Origin: Acidimicrobiia bacterium | GTDB taxonomy: Bacteria; Actinomycetota; Acidimicrobiia; Spongiisociales; ZC4RG35 | Direction of reading: 5' to 3' | DNA: 64,000 nt | Assembly: GCA_036380875.1 (NCBI GenBank) | Contig: DASVDX010000086.1 | Coordinates: 20,974-84,973, forward strand | Shown: positions 18,206 to 27,874 of the stretch, piece by piece | Position numbering within the stretch: position 1 is the first letter of the stretch | Layout of the letters: each line of letters begins with the position of its first letter | Notes under the pieces: model-generated | Databases searched by the model: none | What the model saw: only the letters and a program-made list of their open reading frames with translations | What the model was told of the DNA's origin: nothing | Translations under genes and position numbers: made by a program

Positions 18206-19578
18206 GCCGGGCCCTCCGCCATCTGCAGCTGGAGCGCCTGGGTGAGCTCGGAGGCGGTGAGGGTGATGTCACCGGCTCCCATGACGACGACCATGTCTCC
18301 CGGTTCGGCGAGTTCCGCCACTCGCGGGGCGACGTCGGCGCGGTGCGGCAGGTACTGGACCCAGGCGGCGCCGGCCCGCCGGGCGGCGGAGGCGACGAGC
18401 TGGCCGGTGACGCCGGGGATGGGGTCCTCGCGAGCGCCGTAGACGTCGGTCACCACCACCCGGTCGGCGAAGGCGAGCGCGGCGCCGAACTCACGGTGCA
18501 GGTCACGGGTGCGGGAGTACAGATGGGGCTGGAACACGGCCCAGAGACGGGTCGGCCTGAACTCGGCCGCTTCCCGCAGAGTGGCTGCGACTTCTGTGGG
18601 ATGGTGGGCGTAGTCGTCGATCACCCGCACGCCGGAGATGGTTCCCTTCGGCTCGAACCGGCGCCTGACCCCGGCGAAGTGCTCCAGACCGGCGGCGGCG
18701 GCTTCCACGTCGTGGCCGAGCTCCCCGAGCAGGGCCAGTGCCCCGGCGGCGTTGCGGGCGAGGTGGAGGCCGGGCCGGGGGAGCTTCACCTGGACTTCGC
18801 CGGTCGGCCCCGCCAAGCGGAAGCGAGACGTGCCGTCGCCGGGGGCGAACCCGCGGATCCGCCAGGTGGCGTCGGGCGAGGTGCCGTAAGTGGCGGCGCC
18901 CACCCGGGCGGCGACGCCGGCCGCCCCGGGGTCGTCGAGGCAAGCGATGACGGGCCCGTCGACGGAACGCGCCACCCGGACGAATGCCTCCTCGAGCTCG
19001 TCCTGGGAACCGAAGTGGTCCATGTGGTCCTGCTCGACATTGGTGACCACGAGGCCGCGGAGCCGGACGTGCTCGAAGGTCCCGAACGCCTCGTCTACTT
19101 CGAGCACGAGCAGGTCGTCGGCTCCGAGGTGGCCGTTGGTCCCGAAGGCGACCAGCTCCCCTCCGACCACGAACGACGGGTCGAGGCCGGCGGCCCGGAT
19201 TCCCGTGACGAGGAGAGCCGTCGTGGTCGTCTTGCCGTGGGTTCCGGTGGGCCCGATCACGGGCCACTTCTCGGTGATCACCTCGAGGAGCTCCGGGCGC
19301 CGCCACACCGGCAAGCCGGCGCGGCGCGCCGCCTCCAGCTCCGGGTCGCGGTCGGGGACCGCCGACGAAGCTACGACGAGATCGGCCTCGCCTATTCGTT
19401 CGGGACGGCTCCCTTCCCACACCTCGATCCCGAGCGCCGACAGGAGGTCGGTCGTCGTTCCGGCTCGCAGGTCCGAGCCGCTGACGCGGTGGCCGCGGCC
19501 GGCGAGGATCTTGGCCAGGGCGCTCATGCCGGCGCCGCCGATACCGACGATGTGGATGCGCTCGGGGAGATCGGTCAT
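18202..19578 (-). CDS. murC: UDP-N-acetylmuramate--L-alanine ligase
   Basis: N-terminal Rossmann motif HIVGIGGAGMSALA and central GTHGKTTTT P-loop. The dcw position also supports MurC. Confidence 0.9.
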   Translation of the reverse strand: MTDLPERIHIVGIGGAGMSALAKILAGRGHRVSGSDLRAGTTTDLLSALGIEVWEGSRPERIGEADLVVASSAVPDRDPELEAARRAGLPVWRRPELLEVITEKWPVIGPTGTHGKTTTTALLVTGIRAAGLDPSFVVGGELVAFGTNGHLGADDLLVLEVDEAFGTFEHVRLRGLVVTNVEQDHMDHFGSQDELEEAFVRVARSVDGPVIACLDDPGAAGVAARVGAATYGTSPDATWRIRGFAPGDGTSRFRLAGPTGEVQVKLPRPGLHLARNAAGALALLGELGHDVEAAAAGLEHFAGVRRRFEPKGTISGVRVIDDYAHHPTEVAATLREAAEFRPTRLWAVFQPHLYSRTRDLHREFGAALAFADRVVVTDVYGAREDPIPGVTGQLVASAARRAGAAWVQYLPHRADVAPRVAELAEPGDMVVVMGAGDITLTASELTQALQLQMAEGPA

Positions 19579-20654
19579 GTCGATGCCATCTCGATCAAGG
19601 CCTGGGCGATGACCGTCGCCGCCTGGGGCTTGGCGATCTTCCTGGCGGCGTCGGCCATTCGCCTGCGGGCGTCGGAGTCGGACATCAGAGCTTCGACCTT
19701 CGGGGCGAGCTCATGGATGCGGTCTTCGGTGACGACGACGGCCGCCCCGGCTTCGGCCAGGGCGGCGGCGTTGAGGGCCTGATGGCGGCCGGAGCCGAAG
19801 CCACCCGGGACGAGGATGGCCGGCGTGGCGGTGGCGGTCAGCTCGGCCACCGATCCCCCGGCTCGGGCGACCACGAGGTCGCAGGCGGCGAAGAACGCAT
19901 CCATCTCGCCGATGAAGTCCAGCACCACCCATCGATGAGGGGAAACCGAAGCGGCGGCCGACACCTCCTCGTAACCCTGGCCGGCGAGGTGGAGGACCTG
20001 GAGCGACGGCCCGTCCCACGCCGCCAACATGTCGATCACAGCCCGGTTGATCACCCCCGCCCCGAGGGACCCTCCGAACACCCCGAGGACCGGAACGTCC
20101 GGTTCGAGCCCGAAGCGGACGAGGGCGTGGGGACGCAGCCGCTCCCGGTCGAACTCGGCCAGCGGCCGCCGGAGCGGGTTTCCCACCCACTCGGCTTTGG
20201 GCAGGCGGTGGGTGATCGGAAAGGAACCGAAGACGCGGGTGGCGAAACGTGACACGACTCGGTTGGCCAGACCCGCCTCGGCGTTCTGTTCGGCTACCGC
20301 GACGGGCACTCCCACCGACCGCGCCGCCAGACCGGCGGGGACGGTGACGTAACCCCCGAGCCCGAGCAGCGCCTTCACCTGGCGGGCGACCAGCTCGGCA
20401 CGGATCGTGCGGACGGCGGCCATCACCACGCGGGGGATCCCCAGGTTGCGGAGCGTGAGCTGGCGGGAGAGACCGCGCAACTCGACGGACAGGAAGGGGA
20501 ACCCGGCCTCGGGGTACACCTGGGCCTCGAGGCGCTGGCCGCCTATGTAGAGGATCTCATCGCGGGAGACGCCGAGGTCGACGAGCGCCTCCCCCACCGC
20601 CAGCCCCGGGTAGACGTGACCCCCGGTGCCGGCGGCAGCGATGGCAAAGCTCAC
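19575..20654 (-). CDS. murG: Undecaprenyldiphospho-muramoylpentapeptide beta-N-acetylglucosaminyltransferase
   Basis: GT28 N- and C-terminal domains (AAAGTGGHVYPGLAV). GTG start chosen at 20654. The track ORF 19575..21926 is a spurious N-terminal extension running through ftsW in another frame. Confidence 0.9.
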   Translation of the reverse strand: MSFAIAAAGTGGHVYPGLAVGEALVDLGVSRDEILYIGGQRLEAQVYPEAGFPFLSVELRGLSRQLTLRNLGIPRVVMAAVRTIRAELVARQVKALLGLGGYVTVPAGLAARSVGVPVAVAEQNAEAGLANRVVSRFATRVFGSFPITHRLPKAEWVGNPLRRPLAEFDRERLRPHALVRFGLEPDVPVLGVFGGSLGAGVINRAVIDMLAAWDGPSLQVLHLAGQGYEEVSAAASVSPHRWVVLDFIGEMDAFFAACDLVVARAGGSVAELTATATPAILVPGGFGSGRHQALNAAALAEAGAAVVVTEDRIHELAPKVEALMSDSDARRRMADAARKIAKPQAATVIAQALIEMAST

Positions 20655-21808
20655 CCTCTCCCGCCTTGCTGGCTTATGTTGACGAGCACGCCCAGCGCTC
20701 CCATCGACGCGACCAGCGCCGTGCTCCCAAAGCTCACGAAGGGCAGGGCGATGCCGGTGATGGGCAACACGCCGAGCACGCCTCCGATGTTGATCAGCGC
20801 CTGGAAGGAGATCCAGGCGGTGATGCCCGTGGCCAACATCTTGCCGAACAGGTCCGGAGCCCGGGAAGCCACCGCCCACCCGGCGACGGCGAGGGCGCCG
20901 AACAACCCGATGACCGTCATGGCGCCGATCAAACCGGTCTCCTCGCCGATGATGGCGAAGATGAAGTCGGTGTGGGCGTTGGGTAGGTAGAACCAACGCG
21001 CCCGGCTGGCGCCGAGGCCGACGCCGAATATCCCGCCGTCGCCCAGGGCGTAGTAGCCCTGGATCAGTTGGTAGCCCTCGGCCGAGGCGTTCGACCACGG
21101 GTCGAGGAAGCCGACGATGCGGTCCATGCGGTAGTCGGCAGCGACGGCCAACAGCGCTGCGGCGATGGCCCCCATCAGCCCCATCAGGATGACGCGGTGT
21201 CCGGGGGCGGGGCTGACCCACAGAACGGCCATGGCCACGAGCCCGATGAGGATCGTCGTCCCCAGGTCGGGCTGCTTCATGAGCAGGACGGCGACGGTCC
21301 CGACGACGAAACCAACGGGGACGACTAGGTGTCCCCAGGTCTGGAGGTTCCGGGCCTTGCGTTCGAGGAGGGCCGCCAGGAGGGCGATCACCGCGAACTT
21401 GGCCAACTCCGACGGCTGGAAGTTGACTGGGCCCAGCACCAGCCAACGGCGGGCGCCGCCTTCTTCCGTGCCCATCATCAGAACGGCGATGAGGCCGACG
21501 ATGGTGAGGGCGAACAGCGGCAGGGCGACCCGGCGGTAGAACGAGTACGGGACGCGGCTCGCCACCACGAGTGCGACGAGGCCGAGCCCGACGCCTATCA
21601 GCTGTCGCTTGAAGAAGTAGAAGCGGTCGGCGGCCTGGTCGATTCCCACGGTCGACGATGCCGACATGGTCTCGCCGAGGCCGATCACCACCAGCACCAT
21701 CGCCACCAGCAGCAGGACGGTGGTCGTCCGATTGTTCGACTTCGCCCGTTCGGCGCGGGCGCGGGCGGCCGTCCTGATCCGGGCGATCGACGTGACGTTG
21801 CTGGTCAT
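20651..21808 (-). CDS. ftsW: SEDS-family peptidoglycan glycosyltransferase FtsW
   Basis: 10 TM segments with conserved SEDS loops. dcw position between murD and murG. Confidence 0.9.
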   Translation of the reverse strand: MTSNVTSIARIRTAARARAERAKSNNRTTTVLLLVAMVLVVIGLGETMSASSTVGIDQAADRFYFFKRQLIGVGLGLVALVVASRVPYSFYRRVALPLFALTIVGLIAVLMMGTEEGGARRWLVLGPVNFQPSELAKFAVIALLAALLERKARNLQTWGHLVVPVGFVVGTVAVLLMKQPDLGTTILIGLVAMAVLWVSPAPGHRVILMGLMGAIAAALLAVAADYRMDRIVGFLDPWSNASAEGYQLIQGYYALGDGGIFGVGLGASRARWFYLPNAHTDFIFAIIGEETGLIGAMTVIGLFGALAVAGWAVASRAPDLFGKMLATGITAWISFQALINIGGVLGVLPITGIALPFVSFGSTALVASMGALGVLVNISQQGGRG

Positions 21809-23109
21809 GAGCGGAGCTCCTCCTTCTCGAGGCGGCCGACTGCGGCCGAAAACGCCTCGCCTCGCTCGGCGTACGACTGGAACTGGTCGAAGCTGGCGGC
21901 GCCGGGAGCGAGCAACACCGTGTCACCGGGCTGTGCCAACTCGGAGGCGATGCGGACCGCCTCGTCGAGCGTCTCGGCCAGATGTCCCCGGTCGCCTGCC
22001 TCCTCCACCAGGGTTGGCCCGGCGGTGCCGATCCCGATCACCGCCTTCACGTTGTCGGCCTGGGCCAGGGGCCGGAGGTCGAGGCCTTTGGCCAGGCCGC
22101 CGGCGATGAGCACCACCGATGGGTAGGCGGCGACTGCAGCGAGAGCGGCGTGCGGGTTGGTGGCCTTGGAGTCGTCGACGTAGTCCACCCCGCCGACGCG
22201 AGCGACGACCTGGCGGCGGTGGGAGCCGGGCTGGAACTCTCGGAGCACGGCCTCCACTGCCGCGGGGTCGGCGCCCCGGTCGAGGGCGAGGACGGCGGCG
22301 GCGGCCATGTCGACCACGTGGGCCGGGTCGGCGGAGCCGAGTTCCTGGAGCGGCACCGAGATCCCGGGCAGGTGCAGGCGCCCGCCTTCCACACCGGAGC
22401 CTCCTTGGGGCAAGAAGGACGCCGACACCGGGTGGAGCACCGAAAGGGCGGTGCGGGCGATCCTCGCCGCTCCGGGGTCGTCGGCGTCGTAGACGAGGAG
22501 GTCGTTTTCGTCCTGCCGTTCGAAGATCCGCGCCTTGGCGGCGGCGTACGCCTGTGGGCTTCCATGCCAGTCGAGGTGGTCCTCGGCGATATTGAGGATG
22601 GCAGCGGCGCGGGGATGGAAGCGGTCGATGAAGCGCAACTGGAAGCTGGAGACCTCGACCACCGCCACCTCCCAATCGCCGTCGACGGCGTCGGTGAGCG
22701 GAGTGCCGATGTTTCCGACCGCCACGGCCGAGACACCGGACTCCTGGAGCATGCGGGCGCAGAGGGTGGTGACCGTGGTCTTGCCGTTCGTGCCGGTGAC
22801 CGCCACGACCGGCCGGTCGTCGAGGAGGCGCCACGCGTATTCGATCTCGCTCCAGATGGGAACTCCGGACTCGAGCGTCTCGACGATGGGAAGCGACCGC
22901 TCAGGGAAACCAGGGCTCGTGACGACGAGGTCGACTCCTTCGAGCAGCCCCGAGTCCCAGGCACCCGACACGGCACCCGCCCCCATCGACAGGATGTGTC
23001 CCGGTTCGAGCGGCGACTCGTCGTACACGGTCACCGCGTGCCCCTGCTGACGCGCCAGTCGACAAACCGCCGTCCCCGACACCCCGGCCCCGAGCACGAG
23101 CAACCTCAC
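21805..23109 (-). CDS. murD: UDP-N-acetylmuramoylalanine--D-glutamate ligase
   Basis: N-terminal VLGAGVSG Rossmann motif and central VTGTNGKTTVT P-loop. GTG start at 23109 has a GGAGGGG Shine-Dalgarno sequence 3 nt upstream. The track ORF extends to 23232 across a heptamer repeat and into mraY. Confidence 0.85.
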   Translation of the reverse strand: MRLLVLGAGVSGTAVCRLARQQGHAVTVYDESPLEPGHILSMGAGAVSGAWDSGLLEGVDLVVTSPGFPERSLPIVETLESGVPIWSEIEYAWRLLDDRPVVAVTGTNGKTTVTTLCARMLQESGVSAVAVGNIGTPLTDAVDGDWEVAVVEVSSFQLRFIDRFHPRAAAILNIAEDHLDWHGSPQAYAAAKARIFERQDENDLLVYDADDPGAARIARTALSVLHPVSASFLPQGGSGVEGGRLHLPGISVPLQELGSADPAHVVDMAAAAVLALDRGADPAAVEAVLREFQPGSHRRQVVARVGGVDYVDDSKATNPHAALAAVAAYPSVVLIAGGLAKGLDLRPLAQADNVKAVIGIGTAGPTLVEEAGDRGHLAETLDEAVRIASELAQPGDTVLLAPGAASFDQFQSYAERGEAFSAAVGRLEKEELRS

Positions 23110-23140
23110 GAGCCCCTCCCTGAGACCGAGGCGGGGAGCT

Positions 23141-23168
23141 TCCGACTTCCGACTTCCGGCTTCCGACT
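23141..23168. repeat. Tandem heptamer (TTCCGAC x4; minus-strand reading GTCGGAA) in the mraY-murD intergenic spacer
   Basis: Direct reading of the plus strand: TTCCGAC TTCCGAC TTCCGGC TTCCGAC, immediately after the mraY stop. Each unit carries a GGAAG Shine-Dalgarno-like core. Confidence 0.6.
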
Positions 23169-24232
23169 CATTGCAGGATCCCTTCGACGGCCAGGAAGTC
23201 CCCGTAGAACAGCCCCAGGCCGAGGGCGACACCCAAGGCGGTCAGGATCCAGAAGCGGATGACGACGGTGGTCTCCGGCCAGCCTTTGAGGTCGAAGTGG
23301 AAATGGATCGGCGCCATGCGGAAGATCCGCTTTCCGGTCAGCCGGAAGCTCGCCACCTGCAGCATCACCGACAGGGTCTCGGCGACGAAGATCCCGCCGA
23401 CGATCACCAACAACAGGTGAGTGTTGGTGAGGAGGGCGAGGGCGGCGAGCAGCCCGCCGATGGCCTGAGAGCCGACATCTCCCATGAAGATCCTCGCCGG
23501 CGGTGCGTTCCACCACAGGAAACCGAGGAGGGCGGCGAACATCGCCGCCGACAAGGTGGCCAGCTCGAGGGGGTCGACGGCCTGGTAGATCCCGGTGGGA
23601 GCGGCGTTGCGGAACTGCCAGAAGGCGATGATCGTGTAGGCGCCGACGACGAGAGCTCCGGAGCCACTGGCGAGGCCGTCCATCCCGTCGGCCAGGTTCA
23701 CACCGTTGGCGGCGCCCGTCAGCATGATCAGGACCCAGATGAAGAAGAAGGCGCCGAGGTCGATGCCGAGCGGCCGCACGAACGACACCTCGGTCACGAC
23801 GTCGGCGGCGGACGCTCCCGCTGCGAAGAGGATGGCGATGACGAGCTGGGCGGCGAACTTGGCCCCCTTGCTCAGCCCCAGGGACCGCCGGTTGGTGAAC
23901 TTGATGTAGTCGTCCACGAAGCCGACGATCGCCATCCCGACCAGTGCCATCCCCGCCAAGAGCCCGCCGGCGCCGAACGGGACCAGCTGGAAGGAGAACC
24001 CGGTAGACGGGGTCCACACGCGTACGTGGGCCATCACGTAGCCGATCAGACAGGCGAGGACGAAGACGACCCCGCCCATGGTCGGAGTCCCCTGCTTGTG
24101 AGCGTGTTGGCGCTGGATGTCGTCCTGGATGAACTGGCCGATTTGACGGCGGCGCAGGAGGCGGATGGCATAGGGGGTGCCGAAGATCGACACGAGCAAC
24201 GAAACGGCGGCGCCGATCAGAAGCGAGATCAC
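23168..24232 (-). CDS. mraY: Phospho-N-acetylmuramoyl-pentapeptide transferase
   Basis: 10 TM segments. DD and NxxNxxDGxDGL motifs. C-terminal HHFDLKGW. Confidence 0.95.
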   Translation of the reverse strand: MISLLIGAAVSLLVSIFGTPYAIRLLRRRQIGQFIQDDIQRQHAHKQGTPTMGGVVFVLACLIGYVMAHVRVWTPSTGFSFQLVPFGAGGLLAGMALVGMAIVGFVDDYIKFTNRRSLGLSKGAKFAAQLVIAILFAAGASAADVVTEVSFVRPLGIDLGAFFFIWVLIMLTGAANGVNLADGMDGLASGSGALVVGAYTIIAFWQFRNAAPTGIYQAVDPLELATLSAAMFAALLGFLWWNAPPARIFMGDVGSQAIGGLLAALALLTNTHLLLVIVGGIFVAETLSVMLQVASFRLTGKRIFRMAPIHFHFDLKGWPETTVVIRFWILTALGVALGLGLFYGDFLAVEGILQ

Positions 24233-25716
24233 GGGGCCATCCTCCCCTGCTCGATGAGCGCCTCTCGGGCGACCAGGCGGTCGTCGAAGGGCAGGATGCG
24301 GCCCTGGACCTCCTGGCCCCGCTCGTGGCCCCGCCCGAGGATCAAGACGACGTCGCCGTCGCGGGCCAGCTCGATGGCGGCGGCGATCGCCTCCCGCCGA
24401 TCCACGATGCGACGCACTCGCTCCGTGTCATCGATGCCGGAGACCACCTCGTCGATGATCACCTCCGGGGGCTCGCTGCGCGGGTTGTCGGAGGTGACGA
24501 TCACCTCGTCGGCGGCCATCGCCTCCCGCCCCATGTGCGGGCGCTTGGCCCGGTCCCGGTCGCCGCCGGCCCCGAACACGACGATCAGCCGGCGGCTGCC
24601 GCCGTCGGACACCCACTCCCCTTGCCCGGTGCGGCGCACCGAGGCGATGGCGTTGGCGATGCTCGCTGGAGTGTGGGCGTAGTCGACGAGGACCGTCACC
24701 GGGGCGTCTCCCGAGACGACCTCGAACCTGCCGGGCACCCCTCGGAACTGCCTGAGTCCGGCGGCGATCGCCTCCAGGGGGATCCCGAGGGACAACGCAC
24801 AAGCGGCAGCGATCAAGGCGTTGTCGATGTTGAAATCCCCGCCCAGAGGCAGCTCGATGTCCACTTCCCCTTCGGAGGTGACCATCACGAACGAGGACCC
24901 GTCGACTCCCACGCTCCGGTCGCGGGCCATCACGTCGGCGTCGGTCCCGACCGTGAGGTACGGGATCGTCATCGAGCGAGTGAGACGCTCCCCGGCCGGG
25001 TCGTCGATCCACACGACCGCCCGCTCGGACAGGTCGGGCTCGAACAGACGGGCCTTGGCGGAGAAGTAACTCTCCATGTCGCCGTGAAAGTCGAGATGGT
25101 CCTGGGAGAGGTTGGTGAATGCGGCCACGGCGAACCTCGCCGCATCGACTCGATGCATGGCGAGGGCGTGGGACGACACCTCGGAGGACACGATCTCGGC
25201 TCCCATTCGCACCATGGTGGCGAGCAGGCGCTGGAAATCGGTAGCTTCGGGGGTGGTGCGGGTGTTGGGGATGCTCGTGGCGCCCACCCGGGTGTGGACG
25301 GTGCCGATCAGCCCCACCTTGCGGCCGGAGGCGATCCCGATCGACTCGACCATGTGGGTCACGGTCGTCTTCCCGTTCGTGCCGGTGACACCCACCAGGG
25401 CGAGGCGGCGGCTCGGATGGCCATGGACCTCCGCCGCCACCGGGCCCATCGCCTCCCGCACGTCTTCGACGAGGAGTTGGGTGGCTTCCGTGGGGCACTC
25501 CCGTTGCACCAGCACCGCCGGGCTGCCGGCCGACACCGCCGCCTCGACGAAATCGTGGCCGTCGACCCGGCTGCCGACCACCGCGGCGAACATCGTCCCC
25601 GGCCCGGCTTGGCGGCTGTCGTGGGTGACGTCGCGGACGGTCACGGTGGGATCGCCGAGGACCCGGCCCCCGACCACCTCGGCCAGTTCGGCGACGGAGC
25701 TATTCCTCGAGGCCAT
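24229..25716 (-). CDS. murE: UDP-N-acetylmuramoyl-L-alanyl-D-glutamate--2,6-diaminopimelate ligase
   Basis: Aligns along its length with E. coli MurE. Shared motifs: LVGVTGTNGKTT, SSHALAMHRV...FTNLSQDHLDFHG, and the mDAP-specifying DNPR motif (VTSDNPRSEPP). 4-nt overlap with mraY. Confidence 0.9.
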   Translation of the reverse strand: MASRNSSVAELAEVVGGRVLGDPTVTVRDVTHDSRQAGPGTMFAAVVGSRVDGHDFVEAAVSAGSPAVLVQRECPTEATQLLVEDVREAMGPVAAEVHGHPSRRLALVGVTGTNGKTTVTHMVESIGIASGRKVGLIGTVHTRVGATSIPNTRTTPEATDFQRLLATMVRMGAEIVSSEVSSHALAMHRVDAARFAVAAFTNLSQDHLDFHGDMESYFSAKARLFEPDLSERAVVWIDDPAGERLTRSMTIPYLTVGTDADVMARDRSVGVDGSSFVMVTSEGEVDIELPLGGDFNIDNALIAAACALSLGIPLEAIAAGLRQFRGVPGRFEVVSGDAPVTVLVDYAHTPASIANAIASVRRTGQGEWVSDGGSRRLIVVFGAGGDRDRAKRPHMGREAMAADEVIVTSDNPRSEPPEVIIDEVVSGIDDTERVRRIVDRREAIAAAIELARDGDVVLILGRGHERGQEVQGRILPFDDRLVAREALIEQGRMAP

Positions 25717-27442
25717 CGGGAGTCACTCCGAGACGGTGGAGGGCCTGCTGCATGATCTCGGCGAAGACCGGCGCCGCCGCCTGGCCTCCGGTGCGGTACT
25801 CCCACGCCGGCTCGTCGACCATCACGGCGACCACGAGCTTGGGATCGTCGATGGGTGCCAGGCCGACGAAGCTGGCCCGCGTGACGTCGGTGTAGTTTCC
25901 ATTCTCGTCCAGCTTGTCGGCGGTCCCCGTCTTGCCCCCCACCCGATATCCGGGCACGGTGGCGTTCCCGCCCGTCCCCGACTCGACCACACCCGCCAGC
26001 AGCTCCCGCATGATACGGGCGGTCTCGGGTGAGACGACCCGATGCGTCTCCTGCTCGCTCTGGGTCTCGTTCCCGTCGACGTCGATGATCGACGACACCA
26101 AGCGGGGCTCCGTCCACACTCCGTCGTTGGCGATGGCCCCGTAGGCGGCGGCCATCTGCAGCGGCGAGACGGCGAGCGAGTAACCGATTGCGGCCGACAG
26201 CGGGCAGGTGGAGCATCCGGCGGGCATGTTGAGCAGGCCGCCCGACTCGCCGGTGTAGTCGATCCCTGTCGGAGCGGTGAGGCCGAAGCGCTCTATGTAG
26301 TCCTCGATGAGGCTCGGAGGCATCTTCTGGGCGATGCGGATGATCCCGACGTTGGAGGACACCGTGAAGATGTCCCGCACCGTCATGTCCCGGGTCTCGT
26401 GCTCGTCGAAGTCCTCGTAGCACCCATAGATGTCGTCGGTGTCCGACTTGCAGGCGCCCGGATGGAGCTCGATCTGGTCCGCCACCGCCCCGAAGACGGT
26501 CCCCACGTCGACGATTCCCTCCTCGATCGCCGCCGCCACCGTCACGGTCTTCTGGATGGAGCCGGGTTCGTATGGCTCGCGGACGACGGCATTCGAGAAC
26601 GGCGCCCCGTCCGTGGTGGTGCGGGCGACCGGGTCGAAGACCGGCGCTCCCGCCATGGCGAGGACGTTGCCGGTCTCCGCTTCCAGCACCACAGCCCAGC
26701 AGCCCTTTGCCTTGGTGCGCTCCAGGGCCGCGACGCAGGCGTCCTGGGTGGCGTATTGGAGCGGGAGGTCGATGGTGGTCACGAGGTCGGCACCGGGGAC
26801 GGCGGGGATCTCTTCCCGCCGGCCCTGAGGGATCGGGGTGCCCGAAGGCGACTTCTCGAATATCTGTCGGCCCGGCGTCCCCCGCAGGAGCTCGTCGTAG
26901 TAGAGCTCCAGCCCTTCGAGACCGTTCCCATCGATGTCGACGAACCCGACGACATGGGCGGCGACCGAGTCGGCCGGGTAGCTGCGGGTCATCTCCGGCT
27001 CGAAGAACACGCCGTCGAGCCCGAGTTGGCGGATCTTCTCTGCGGTCTCGTGGTCGACCTGCCGCTTTAGGTAGACGAAGTCGGAGTCCGACTCGAGAGC
27101 GGCGAGCAGCTTCTCCTGGTTGGCGCCCACCAGGCCTCCGACCTGCTGGGCGATGTAGAGGGGCTCGGTGACGAGGTCGGGGACGGCGTAGATCGTCTCC
27201 GCTTCAACGGTCATGGCGAGCAGGTCGCCGTTGCGGTCGTAGATGCGGCCGCGATCGGGGGCGAGGACCCGTTCGACGAGGCGCTGGTCGAGCCCGCGTT
27301 CGCGCAACTCGGCAGCCTGGACGACCTGGACCTGCACGAGGCGATAGGCCATGCCCAGCCAGGCAAGGACCAGGAACAGGCCGAGGGCCGCCAGTCTCAG
27401 CCTGCCGGGTGCGAACCGTCTGCCAGCACGACGGGGCGCCAC
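25700..27442 (-). CDS. ftsI: Penicillin-binding protein (class B transpeptidase, FtsI/PBP3-like)
   Basis: N-terminal TM segment, PBP dimerisation domain, and transpeptidase motifs SxxK (STCP...), SxN and KTGT (GKTGTADK). Confidence 0.9.
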   Translation of the reverse strand: MAPRRAGRRFAPGRLRLAALGLFLVLAWLGMAYRLVQVQVVQAAELRERGLDQRLVERVLAPDRGRIYDRNGDLLAMTVEAETIYAVPDLVTEPLYIAQQVGGLVGANQEKLLAALESDSDFVYLKRQVDHETAEKIRQLGLDGVFFEPEMTRSYPADSVAAHVVGFVDIDGNGLEGLELYYDELLRGTPGRQIFEKSPSGTPIPQGRREEIPAVPGADLVTTIDLPLQYATQDACVAALERTKAKGCWAVVLEAETGNVLAMAGAPVFDPVARTTTDGAPFSNAVVREPYEPGSIQKTVTVAAAIEEGIVDVGTVFGAVADQIELHPGACKSDTDDIYGCYEDFDEHETRDMTVRDIFTVSSNVGIIRIAQKMPPSLIEDYIERFGLTAPTGIDYTGESGGLLNMPAGCSTCPLSAAIGYSLAVSPLQMAAAYGAIANDGVWTEPRLVSSIIDVDGNETQSEQETHRVVSPETARIMRELLAGVVESGTGGNATVPGYRVGGKTGTADKLDENGNYTDVTRASFVGLAPIDDPKLVVAVMVDEPAWEYRTGGQAAAPVFAEIMQQALHRLGVTPDGLEE

Positions 27443-27463
27443 CGGGTCACCTCCCGGCGGGAT

Positions 27464-27874
27464 TCATGAAGACGGCCCCGGCGTGTCGGCGGCGACAGTG
27501 GCTGCGTAGTCGGGGTCGGTTATGCCGTCATCACGGCCGACTCCCTCGACCAGCAGCTGCTCGCGCTCCTGCGGGATGACGAGCCCCAACTCCTCGGCTA
27601 GCGGTGCGATGCGGGCCGGGCTCTCGAGTTCGGCGATCTCCACGCGGAGCTTCTGGTTGATCGATTGCTGTTCGGCGATCGCGGCGTTGAGCTCGGCGAG
27701 CTCGAACGCCGCCCGGTCGAGCGCCGTCCTCGCCAGCACCAGGGCCAGGAAGGCGGCGATGGTCACGAGCGAAACCGCCAGCCATGGGGCCATCGACAAG
27801 CGCCGGGCCTGCTTTCCGGCGATGACGCGAAGCCCGGGAACGCGAGCAGGAGAACGGAGTGGGCGAGCGGTCAT
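27464..27874 (-). CDS. ftsL: FtsL-like septum-formation initiator (small bitopic coiled-coil protein)
   Basis: 136 aa. One TM helix followed by a coiled-coil (AELNAAIAEQQSINQKLRVEIAELE). Position between rsmH and ftsI. 4-nt overlap with rsmH. The track ORF 27464..28384 is an overextension. Confidence 0.55.
   Translation of the reverse strand: MTARPLRSPARVPGLRVIAGKQARRLSMAPWLAVSLVTIAAFLALVLARTALDRAAFELAELNAAIAEQQSINQKLRVEIAELESPARIAPLAEELGLVIPQEREQLLVEGVGRDDGITDPDYAATVAADTPGPSS

Noticed and set aside
19575-21926. 783-aa ORF suggesting a giant MurG
   Set aside because: Only the C-terminal 359 aa match MurG. The N-terminal 420 aa are an off-frame read through ftsW with a Pro/Arg/Gly-rich sequence. 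A GTG start with a stop-overlap to ftsW is far more plausible.
23141-23168. Possible CRISPR-like array (short direct repeats)
   Set aside because: The units are 7 nt with no spacers. There are no cas genes. It is a simple tandem microsatellite, not CRISPR.
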